53,870 bases of DNA from a virus, in the IMG/VR virus record IMGVR_UViG_3300037842_000514; one strand, 5' to 3'. The stretch's first letter is position 1. Each line of letters opens with the position of its first letter. Under the pieces are notes generated by a model. That model worked only from the letters and a program-made list of their open reading frames with translations. It was not told the DNA's origin and searched no databases. Of this stretch, positions 9,428-18,165 are shown piece by piece. The position numbers were made by a program, and so were the translations under genes.

Positions 9428-9806
9428 TTACTATACCTCCTTGTATATTATCTTCAAAAACAGAAACTTTCCAATTTCGTTTAACTTTTTTAAAAAACTT
9501 TTGTTTTCTATATTTTTTCTCCAACTGCTCGAGGATGACTTGTCCAATCATTTCACAACTCGAACTTCCAAACTTCTTTATATATTGGCCTGGATATGTA
9601 TTATCAATAATCTTCATCAACTCCAATCGTAACATTATGAATTCTATCTCTCTATCATCATGCGTTACATTACATTCCACATATATGTGAAAGTCGTGAT
9701 GATGTTCGTATTGTAAGAAACCCACTTCCGGAAAGAATTTATCTACATCAGGCCAATTGTGTGTCCCTAATACGATGTGCTTCACTTTAATTTGTGCACT
9801 ATTCAT
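9417..9806 (-). CDS. QueD-paralog T-fold protein, DpdL-like (putative CDG decarboxylase)
   Basis: FLQYEHHHDF resembles the LxxxHRHxF signature recalled for DpdL; also DREIEFI, SCEM and VSVFED; a canonical QueD is present separately. Confidence 0.6.
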   Translation of the reverse strand: MNSAQIKVKHIVLGTHNWPDVDKFFPEVGFLQYEHHHDFHIYVECNVTHDDREIEFIMLRLELMKIIDNTYPGQYIKKFGSSSCEMIGQVILEQLEKKYRKQKFFKKVKRNWKVSVFEDNIQGGIVNEN

Positions 9807-10377
9807 TTATAATATCCATTAAACTTTTAACATTCGACTGTAAATCTTTCAGCGTTCCTGAATTATCTAACACGTAATCTGCTTTTGTTGGTGAATTTGG
9901 ATCGTTCGATAGATGTTCAGTTATGTGGTTGATTTGATCTACATCTGTTAATGTTGATCGACCACTAATGTATATTATAAATCCACCATTTCGTTTAACG
10001 TAATCCCACTCATTCTGAAATCTAATGTCAGTTACTACTATTTTATCGTGATCATCTACCATCGATTTTACTGACAAATTTATCCAATAATCATCTCCAT
10101 GACGATTCCTCATATCCATTCCATATTCTTGTATAAAGCGTCTAATTGACAAATTGAACACCAAATGTCCGTCCATATAAGGATTGTGTTCGACTACATC
10201 TAAGTCTTTATTTTTATGTGATTCTAACGTTAATCTATCTATTTGTAAGTATCTACACAAATCATCCTTCATAACATCAGCTGATGCAGTTCTACGAAAT
10301 CCTTCAATTTTTAGTAAATCAGAAATGCTATCCTTTCCACAACCAGCTGGTCCTATTAAACCTAACAACGTTTTCAC
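9799..10377 (-). CDS. deoxynucleoside monophosphate kinase (T4 gp1/T5-like)
   Basis: GPAGCGKDS P-loop, RRFIQEYG, DYWI, VVTDIRFQNE. Confidence 0.85.
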   Translation of the reverse strand: MKTLLGLIGPAGCGKDSISDLLKIEGFRRTASADVMKDDLCRYLQIDRLTLESHKNKDLDVVEHNPYMDGHLVFNLSIRRFIQEYGMDMRNRHGDDYWINLSVKSMVDDHDKIVVTDIRFQNEWDYVKRNGGFIIYISGRSTLTDVDQINHITEHLSNDPNSPTKADYVLDNSGTLKDLQSNVKSLMDIINE

Positions 10378-11156
10378 TAAACTTCCCTATCAGTATCAAA
10401 TGCGATTATATGATCTCTACCAGTCATCCTATACCCATGTTCAGCGACCATATCGAACACCTTAGGATACATCTTGATTAATTCTTCTCTACAATCACCT
10501 GCAGGCATGATATAAGTTTTACTTTTTGGAATATTCATTCTCACTCTAAATGCCTCTATTTCTTTTAGGTTGACTATAGTACCATCCCATACTGGTTTGA
10601 AATGATAATCAGTGTGGTATTCTATTAATTCTTCAATTGCATTGTAATTTAACCTAAATCTATCATGTAAGTCAACAAATTTCTGATCGACTACTTTGCC
10701 TTTTGGTGTAATTGCTCCTATAACTGGAACTGAATTACTGAACTTAGGACTGAGACTAATAAGATCAATCGGTAAGTCAGTTATGATCGGATGAGATCCT
10801 TCAGTTTCCATTGTAACTATGATCCCACGTTCACTTGCAAAATACATTAGTTCGTTTACCAAATCAGAATGCATGCTTGGCGACCCACCAGTCAACATCA
10901 TTTCTTTTATGTGTGGATTTTCATCATAAATGTCAATTATATCTTGAAATGTATATTTCCCTTTCTCTGGATGTATAGAATTTTGCCAGCTATCACACCA
11001 CCCACCATCACCGAAGAAGCAGCGATGTGTACAGCCTAAACAACGTACTGCTATAGTAGGTATTCCAAATCTACTACCTTCCGACTGAACGCATCGATAT
11101 AGCTCATTAACTGGTAGCACTTTATCATAATTTGGTATTCTTCCTATTTTTTCCAT
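10377..11156 (-). CDS. queE: 7-carboxy-7-deazaguanine synthase (radical SAM)
   Basis: CVQSEG, GCTHRC-FFGDGGW-CD, LTGGSP, METEG, SLSPK. Confidence 0.88.
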   Translation of the reverse strand: MEKIGRIPNYDKVLPVNELYRCVQSEGSRFGIPTIAVRCLGCTHRCFFGDGGWCDSWQNSIHPEKGKYTFQDIIDIYDENPHIKEMMLTGGSPSMHSDLVNELMYFASERGIIVTMETEGSHPIITDLPIDLISLSPKFSNSVPVIGAITPKGKVVDQKFVDLHDRFRLNYNAIEELIEYHTDYHFKPVWDGTIVNLKEIEAFRVRMNIPKSKTYIMPAGDCREELIKMYPKVFDMVAEHGYRMTGRDHIIAFDTDREV

Positions 11157-11195
11157 TATATAACTCCTTGTTTTTTCAACATATTCACCTGCACG

Positions 11196-11726
11196 TTATA
11201 GTACATCCTCGAATAGATTTTCATTCCATTCTCTATGCCCTTCACGATAAGCCATGTTAGTTTGCGTTTCACGTACTTCTACTCTAAAACACCAAAGTCT
11301 TTCCGCCTCACCTGGCCCCCACATATCTGGAATAAATACTCCATTTACATATTTGTATAATTGATCAGCTATAGATTCACACCCTAAATTTGGTAATATA
11401 CAAAGTCTTGCCAAACCTCGCTTTTCTAATTCTTTATACAGATCCATTTCAGGTTCATCTTCAGCTACTAATAGTGTATGGTCGAATTGATCATCAAGGA
11501 GTTGTTTGAGTTCTCCAAGTCCACCATAATCAGCGGCCCAATTTCTAACATCCAAATCATTTGTACCGAAGTAGAATTTCATACTGAGACTATACCCATG
11601 AATAACATTACAATGACTATCTGCTCTCCATTGCCTATATGCTACTGGGAACTTATCTACGTATTCTTTCGTACTAACATATTTGTATGTTACTGGTGTT
11701 TTATTTTCAATTTGCATATTCTTCAT
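11196..11726 (-). CDS. queD: 6-carboxy-5,6,7,8-tetrahydropterin synthase
   Basis: HCNVIHGY, DYGGL, QFDHTLL, GCE, VEVRET. Confidence 0.88.
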   Translation of the reverse strand: MKNMQIENKTPVTYKYVSTKEYVDKFPVAYRQWRADSHCNVIHGYSLSMKFYFGTNDLDVRNWAADYGGLGELKQLLDDQFDHTLLVAEDEPEMDLYKELEKRGLARLCILPNLGCESIADQLYKYVNGVFIPDMWGPGEAERLWCFRVEVRETQTNMAYREGHREWNENLFEDVL

Positions 11727-11837
11727 TTTAACCTTTCATCTTAGTTCGTTTTTTAGTGTTACATTTAGGTTTTGGATTTATACCCACCACCCATCCTACA
11801 ATTTCTTCACACACTTTTAGTATATCTTTCATTATCA

Positions 11838-14351
11838 TTAGAAGAACCGCTCTAATGAAACTTTAGTATCAATTGGCTCAGTCCACGATAACGCTTCATA
11901 AATAATTTTTACTTTTTTATATAACGCGTTATCAAATATAGTATCATAATCAATATACGTTTTTATAAAATCTAAGATTTCGATCGGATCATCGTATCCT
12001 TTAAAAGCTATAGACTTGTAATTTAAACTATTAGGTTTAAGATATATCCACTTCACTTTTTCTCCACTATTAATCGGTGTATATTCATCGCTGACTTTTA
12101 AATATTTTAACAGATCGTTATATCTCACTGATGATTTTACATGAATCGGTGTTCCTTTATTAAATTCAGTTGCTATGCTATCACTTTTCCTTATAAATTT
12201 CTTTATATTTGATATGCCAGTTGGTGAAGCAATCTCATCTATAGGAAGAGTTTTCATGTGAGATTTAAAACTCATTATATCATTATCTATTTTGGATTTA
12301 TCCACATCTCCCAATATATCAACAAGCACTCCCATCATTAATTTTTGAAAAGATGGAGCAAACGAACTTTTAATAACATCCAAACCTTTAATATCTAACC
12401 TATCACACGCGATACCATTATCATTGATAATTTTTTGAGCATATCGTTTCTTAGTAACCCAAAAAGCTCGTTTAGCTATAACTTCTTGTTTAATATCAAA
12501 TTTATGTGGTCCTTTAATATTTAAAAATCTCTGTGCAAATAGATCATACGAATCATTTAAAAACTTTTGAACATATGATGTGATTCCTAACACTTGACTA
12601 GTCATAAACTGCTCATCTTCATAATCAGCTTTAGGGTATCTGTGCTTAATTATCGGAAGAGCACTTGCAAAAATAGAATCAGTATCTATATACACTACAT
12701 GGTCTTTATCTACATTCAATTCTTTATTATAAATATAATTTACCATCTTCTGTGAATATTTAATTAAATGCTGTCCTGTAAGTGTAATAGCTTCAGAATT
12801 ATCTGTATCGTAAAATCTGAATATCGGTAAACCGAATACTCCATATACTGTATTGAGAAGAATCTTCTGAATATATTGTCTACGATTAAAGTACTCTGAT
12901 TTTGATTGATCGCCAGCATCGTGATATTTTTTAGATAGCTTTCTATATTCTTTTCGTTCATTGAACCATTTTGAGAGAATTGCAGGTATTAATCCAGTTT
13001 TCTCTTGGTTATACATAACTCCAGTTACTGCAATGGATATTTTATTTATGTCTAATAGGGTTTTAACTTCACTTGTATTATACTGTCGTTTAATTTTCCC
13101 ATCGACTATAAAATCATATACTTTATCAGTCCCTTTAAGATATTCATCAATATCCCAACCGTCTAACTTTCCCAATTTCATCTCTGGTGATATATTCATT
13201 GACATTATAATTGACGGATACATTGACGTAATATCTAGATCATATATCCATTTATGTTTACCCGGAATTGGATCTTTTACGTAAGCTCCAACATATTTAA
13301 TGTTAGTAGGGACGTTTGATTTTGGTGCTTTGTTTGGTGCCACTACACCTATTCGTCTCATATACGTTAACATAGCACCTTCAATATATCGACTAGAATA
13401 TACTACATCTTCATATGATATATGACCGAGATGACTAACACCCATAGCTAATGTTATGAAGTCTAACTTCTCGTTCAATTTCACGATCAACTTAACATCT
13501 TGTAAGTTATATTCTATAAATTTATTAATCTCATTTAAATACAAATCAGTTAAGCTTCCATCATAAGACACCTTCTTCTGCCCAACCTCAAGTTCACCAA
13601 TATAGTCTAACCTATAAGATGGTTGTTGTTTAAATGTAAATTTTTTATATAACGTGAGATAATCTAAAACTGAAACACCAGCTATTTTAAATCGTTCTTG
13701 TCTATCGTTGAAATTTACTATACTAATTGGAGATAATGCGTTTGCAATTTCCGATCCCAACACCACCACCGTTCTATTATATAAATACGGTATATCAAAT
13801 CCATCAACATTCCACCCACTTAACACGGTTGGTGCGATTTCAATGTATTTTTGAAAAAACCGTTGCAATAACTCTCCCTCATCAGTAAATAGTTCAACTG
13901 ATACGTTATCTTTAGTGTAAGCAATAGCTTCTGAAGATTGAGTGCAGGTGTATACAAAATAATCATCAGTGGTCTTATCATATAAAGCTATAGATGTTAT
14001 TGGTTGATCTGCAAGTCTCCAATCTGGAAACCCTGCTGATGATTCAGTTTCAATATCAAAGTATAATTCTCTATGCCCTGTAGCAATATCATCAGAATCG
14101 CCGTATTTATCGATTAAGATTCTCGTTTCAATTGGTACGTCACTTTCAAATATCTTGTTTTTTTCGACATCATCATGTGTCCAAAACTGAACTCTCTTTA
14201 AATTATCACCATATAATGATTTATAAGTACCTGCTCCATACTTTTTATAAGCATAACTCTTAACATTAAATTTAGTATATCCAGTCTTATCATCCCAGAG
14301 ATGTACTTCATTGAATTTTTTATGCCGTCTACAGTATATATTCTGATACAA
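11838..14351 (-). CDS. family B DNA polymerase (T4 gp43-like), TTG start
   Basis: ExoI FDIET, ExoII GWNVDGFDIPY, motif A DITSMYPSII, motif B KILLNTVYG, motif C YIDTDS. Confidence 0.96.
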   Translation of the reverse strand: MYQNIYCRRHKKFNEVHLWDDKTGYTKFNVKSYAYKKYGAGTYKSLYGDNLKRVQFWTHDDVEKNKIFESDVPIETRILIDKYGDSDDIATGHRELYFDIETESSAGFPDWRLADQPITSIALYDKTTDDYFVYTCTQSSEAIAYTKDNVSVELFTDEGELLQRFFQKYIEIAPTVLSGWNVDGFDIPYLYNRTVVVLGSEIANALSPISIVNFNDRQERFKIAGVSVLDYLTLYKKFTFKQQPSYRLDYIGELEVGQKKVSYDGSLTDLYLNEINKFIEYNLQDVKLIVKLNEKLDFITLAMGVSHLGHISYEDVVYSSRYIEGAMLTYMRRIGVVAPNKAPKSNVPTNIKYVGAYVKDPIPGKHKWIYDLDITSMYPSIIMSMNISPEMKLGKLDGWDIDEYLKGTDKVYDFIVDGKIKRQYNTSEVKTLLDINKISIAVTGVMYNQEKTGLIPAILSKWFNERKEYRKLSKKYHDAGDQSKSEYFNRRQYIQKILLNTVYGVFGLPIFRFYDTDNSEAITLTGQHLIKYSQKMVNYIYNKELNVDKDHVVYIDTDSIFASALPIIKHRYPKADYEDEQFMTSQVLGITSYVQKFLNDSYDLFAQRFLNIKGPHKFDIKQEVIAKRAFWVTKKRYAQKIINDNGIACDRLDIKGLDVIKSSFAPSFQKLMMGVLVDILGDVDKSKIDNDIMSFKSHMKTLPIDEIASPTGISNIKKFIRKSDSIATEFNKGTPIHVKSSVRYNDLLKYLKVSDEYTPINSGEKVKWIYLKPNSLNYKSIAFKGYDDPIEILDFIKTYIDYDTIFDNALYKKVKIIYEALSWTEPIDTKVSLERFF

Positions 14352-14378
14352 TATGTTAACCTATTTAATTTCTATTTA

Positions 14379-14407
14379 AATTTACAAACATTTATCACTA
14401 AAGTCAA
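14379..14407 (-). promoter_or_regulatory. sigma70-like promoter TTGACT-17 nt-TAAATT upstream of polB
   Basis: Near-consensus -35 element with exact 17 nt spacing in the intergenic gap. Confidence 0.6.
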
Positions 14408-14416
14408 CTATTATTT

Positions 14417-15347
14417 TTAATTAGCGTAATCTTGATCATCGTTATCCCCAGCGATTGGTATTATCTCACAAGTGTCGTTATTACAAAACTTGTCGGGTTC
14501 AGCTTCTTCACCTTCAATACCGGCGAAGCTTAACTTTCCTAATTTCGAAAGCATTTTATTGTATTTTTTTTCATCAATTTCCTCATATGGCATTTGTCTA
14601 TAAGCCCCATACTCATGTCTCGGTAATAATGATATCCCTTTTAACTTGTATTGAAAATATTCAAGTACATGTGGTAGTTGTGTAGATTCAACTGCAGGAT
14701 TAAATGTTGCTGTACAACTTACTTGATTGTCTGCCCAATGTCTCTGTAAGAATGCTGCTAGGCTGAATTGTTCCCATATAGATAGTTCTCCTACAGTTCG
14801 AATTCCTTCACCAATATCAATTGGAACCTCAACAACTACTGTCGAATCTTCACTACCAAATGCTGGTTCTAAATTGTAGTTTGCTTTCTTTAACGACTCT
14901 ATCAATTCTGATTGTTTAGATAATCTCATTCGTCGTATATAAAATCTACTTTCCGGATAGTGCATTCCTGGAGTAGCTCCTACTAATAAACTAACAGTTC
15001 CAGAAGGTTTAATGCTACTCAACTTTATACTTCTTGGTACAGCTAACCAATCTGAGTACATCTTATCCCATTTCGTTAGCTCATTATACCCTTCTTCACA
15101 CCACGTTTTTAAAGAATCCAATCCCCTATTAGTAACAAATTGTGCTATACCACTCATCGATGTACCAATTCTTCTATTTCTCAGCATAACTCGATTGGTG
15201 TCAGGCCAGTGTGTTTTTCCTAATGTAACTGTTTTTGCATATAAGTATGCATACTTTAATGTCTTCTTATAATCTTCTAAGTCGTCGTGGTGGTGTGGGA
15301 AAGTTTCCACAAGACAACATAATTCATAAGATTCTAAACTTTGTTCG
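14417..15347 (-). CDS. nrdJ: class II ribonucleotide reductase, 3' exon (C-terminal part)
   Basis: Frame reads EQSLESYELCCLVETFP...RNRRIGTS...IKPSGTVSLL...C-terminal FCNNDTC; joins to 15523-15635 after intron removal. Confidence 0.9.
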
Positions 15348-15522
15348 CTTTTTACGGATTGTATCAGTAAACTTTCAATCTATAAGGTGGACTGTCGCAT
15401 CTTCATTAGAAGTTTCTCCGCTCAGTCTCTCACGCTGGCTTTACCCTTGCGCCCTGTCGGCGTTTCACTCGCCTTCCAAGTCAATCAGGAGAAATTTATA
15501 CTACCCCGGGACTTGTTAGTTA
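15348..15522 (-). mobile_element. 175-nt group I intron without an ORF
   Basis: The 5' exon ends in U (ACTGCCT) and pairs with IGS GGGTAGT (15500-15506) with a U.G wobble. P3 TTTCTCC/GGAGAAA; P7 GAGACTG/ACAGTC; P8 CTTC-TAAT-GAAG; terminal G. Removal restores the frame TGC CTC GAA CAA (C-L-E-Q). Confidence 0.85.
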
Positions 15523-15635
15523 AGGCAGTTGTGGATTAATATATTATTAGCCACAAAATTGTGATTATTTTCTACACTCAAATCGTATACGTCTTGATTT
15601 TTATCATGTAATATTGTTTTAAGCAATCTTCCCAT
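15523..15635 (-). CDS. split intein C-fragment (36 aa) plus the first extein codons of NrdJ
   Basis: MGRLLKTILHDKNQDVYDLSVENNHNFVANNILIHN/C with blocks F and G; GGAG RBS upstream; too short for the ORF track. Confidence 0.88.
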
Positions 15636-16668
15636 AAGATTTAATCTCCGTTAAATAATTGTTAATTGAACTAAAGTATTTTTCGATACTTTTTTTAGTA
15701 ATCCCAAAGGTTTTTGGAACAGCTTCAGTTTTATTTTTTCTCTCTATTATGATATTATTAATATCAGTAATCTCTTTTATGTTGTATAATTCAAGTAAAA
15801 CCCCATACTTTAACATTTTAGTTTTATATGAATTAATTGAACTATTTTTTGGTAATGGTTTTCGTGGTTTACCAATCAAATTATTGTATCTATTAGTGCA
15901 TCCATTCTTTTTACACGTTTTTCTATCGATATCGCTTACAATCCTGTATTCGAATACATCTCCACAAATAATACAATTAGATACTTTTATTGGATCAGTT
16001 ATATCCTTTCCTTCCCAAAATAATTTACTCTCTTCCTTGCGTTGTGCTGATATTATCTCCCGCCTTTTCATACCATCTGGTGTATTATAAAAAGCACGTA
16101 TAGATTTGCTAAGTCTATCAGTATATTTTTTATCAGATGCCCGTTCGGCTGTTTTTTTTCCAATTTTAAGTTTAGTTTCATCTGAAGATGTCGTGCCGTA
16201 TCTTGGATTGTTTTTACCTCTCATATCCACAGTTTTATGGTTTTTAATAGAAGCTTCAATCCATTCTTTAACACCATTTTCAAGTTTATATTTTTTAACT
16301 ATTTTGCTAATGTGTTTATCCCACACTACCAAATACCGTATTCCGATATTTCCAAACAATTTATTGTATTTATAATAATAATCCATAGCTTCTTTTTTAG
16401 AGCTTTTGACTTCTATAATTGTTCTAATTTTATCATTAACAATATGAAAAAAATCAGGCTTGTAACTTTTACCATCAAATTCGTATATTTTACTTTCATA
16501 TAAAAATGACATATTAGCTATATCCAACCATTTAGCAATAACAAATTCACATTTACTGCGTAAATAATATTTTTTATTATCTTTTGTTGTATAATACCCG
16601 ACATAACTTCTATGATTAGTATCACCTCTCTTAATTTTCCCATGTTTTTGTTCACAATATGTTTTCAT
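15619..16668 (-). mobile_element. free-standing homing endonuclease (TnsA-like PD-(D/E)XK with NUMOD3 and Zn-finger) between the intein halves
   Basis: LRSKCE...YE...YKPDF...IIEVKS; GKNNPRYG..SDETKLKIG; CIICG...C...C. Confidence 0.75.
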
Positions 16669-16701
16669 AATTCATCTCTTTTTAGTGGTTGTTTATCTAA
16701 T

Positions 16702-16710
16702 AATAAATAT
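16702..16710 (-). promoter_or_regulatory. putative late-promoter motif ATATTTATT before the endonuclease gene
   Basis: Same motif recurs 15-45 nt before starts at 22138, 37008, 40611 and 48317. Confidence 0.45.
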
Positions 16711-16746
16711 AATAGAATTAAAAAATAAACACTAAAATTAAAAGAA

Positions 16747-18141
16747 TTATGTTATTATTTTAATATTATCATCTTCAGTTAAATCTTTAGCTTCTACATA
16801 CCCCTTATTGGTTGTATAGACTTTATGGTCAGGGGTACAAGTAAGTTTATAGATATTTCCATCTTCTTCAATCTCTAACGTCATGATAGAAACATCCTTT
16901 CTGCTTAACCAAGCGTTAGTAATAACATTGTATTCTAATGATAGAGTATTTTCATTAAAAGTTAATGCTTTAATTTCTTCACCGTTTTTTACCAGTTCTA
17001 CAACTTCTTCAACGGTTAATTTACCTTTATCAGTATTAACTAATGTATCACCAACTACACATGGATTTCCACCAGCTACCCTATGGTCTTTATTATCACC
17101 ACCATTTTTCATACGAGAATACTTTCTCATATTATCTAACCACGCAATTCCAGGTTCACCATTATCTACTATTCGTTTACATATATCAGTATAATCCATT
17201 CCTAATTCAGCGAATACTGAGTTATTGGAAGTCCATCCGTAATCTTCCCTATGAGGGTTTTTCTTGTAATTCTTTAGATCTAAATATTCTTCTGAGTGTG
17301 GATCTCCAAATACAATCTCAGCTGTGCGCCTTACATTACCGGCCACTACACACTTACCAATCAAATTCATGATGTCCACAATTGTAGTTACTGTAATTGG
17401 TTGTCCTATATTGATGTCTAATATTTTTTTAATTTTATTATTAATTTCCTCTAATGGATCAGGACCACTACTAATTCCCCCAAATCCTTTAATGGGTTCT
17501 CCCAACCCTCTGATTAACGAGTAATCAAATTCTACATCTACAGTTCCTACGAAGTAGCTATCCAACACCATCTTTACAGATTCTACCCAACCTTCTCGTG
17601 TATCTGGAATCCGAAATACATTGGATGTTTGTGATAAGTTTAATTTGGGACCTTTAATAACAATCTCACCAGCACCTTTTGTATCGAAACCGACACCCAC
17701 TCCTAACATAGAAGCGTCCATTAGGAATGTGAATGGTTTAGATAAATCTTCCTTAATAGTCTTAGTTGAAACGAACGCACAATTGTTAAGTGCTGCGTAT
17801 AATTTCTTTTCTTCTGTTATAGCAGTTCCCATTGCCCATAACCCACGACCGGGTGGAAGGAATTTCATACTCCACATTCTCTCGTACATTTCTTGAGCTG
17901 AGTTTTGAGCTTGCCATGGATTCCAACCTAATTGGTGCTGTTCAATCCACTGCTTTTGCATATTGTAAGTACCTTCTACAACTCGTCTAATAGTTTCCCA
18001 CCATCTCTCATTTTTACCATTATCTTTGATACGGGAATATGTTCTCATATAAACTAACTCACCAAGACCATTGAAACCGAATGGTGGTTTTTTTCTTTTA
18101 TATTTATTTATAAATGATTCCGTTAAAACAAACTTATCCAT
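16747..18141 (-). CDS. nrdJ: class II (AdoCbl) ribonucleotide reductase N-terminal part fused to a split intein N-fragment (104 aa, 16750-17061)
   Basis: RTYSR, FLPPGRGLW, LNNCAF, GNVRRTAEI, GGNP|CVVGDT (block A), TCTPDHKVYT (block B), then a stop. Confidence 0.92.
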   Translation of the reverse strand: MDKFVLTESFINKYKRKKPPFGFNGLGELVYMRTYSRIKDNGKNERWWETIRRVVEGTYNMQKQWIEQHQLGWNPWQAQNSAQEMYERMWSMKFLPPGRGLWAMGTAITEEKKLYAALNNCAFVSTKTIKEDLSKPFTFLMDASMLGVGVGFDTKGAGEIVIKGPKLNLSQTSNVFRIPDTREGWVESVKMVLDSYFVGTVDVEFDYSLIRGLGEPIKGFGGISSGPDPLEEINNKIKKILDINIGQPITVTTIVDIMNLIGKCVVAGNVRRTAEIVFGDPHSEEYLDLKNYKKNPHREDYGWTSNNSVFAELGMDYTDICKRIVDNGEPGIAWLDNMRKYSRMKNGGDNKDHRVAGGNPCVVGDTLVNTDKGKLTVEEVVELVKNGEEIKALTFNENTLSLEYNVITNAWLSRKDVSIMTLEIEEDGNIYKLTCTPDHKVYTTNKGYVEAKDLTEDDNIKIIT

Positions 18142-18165
18142 GATTTACGTTCTCCATTAATTTAA

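Noticed and set aside
11754-11837. 28-codon ORF between polB and queD
   Set aside because: Too short and without motifs to support as a gene.
14417-15310. ORF starting METFP as an independent gene
   Set aside because: The frame continues upstream (EQSLESYELCCLV) to the intron 3' splice site; it is the nrdJ 3' exon.
15522-15523. Alternative nrdJ 5' splice site after CCTT
   Set aside because: With the available terminal G residues it does not restore the reading frame; only CCT|CGAA gives C-L-E-Q.
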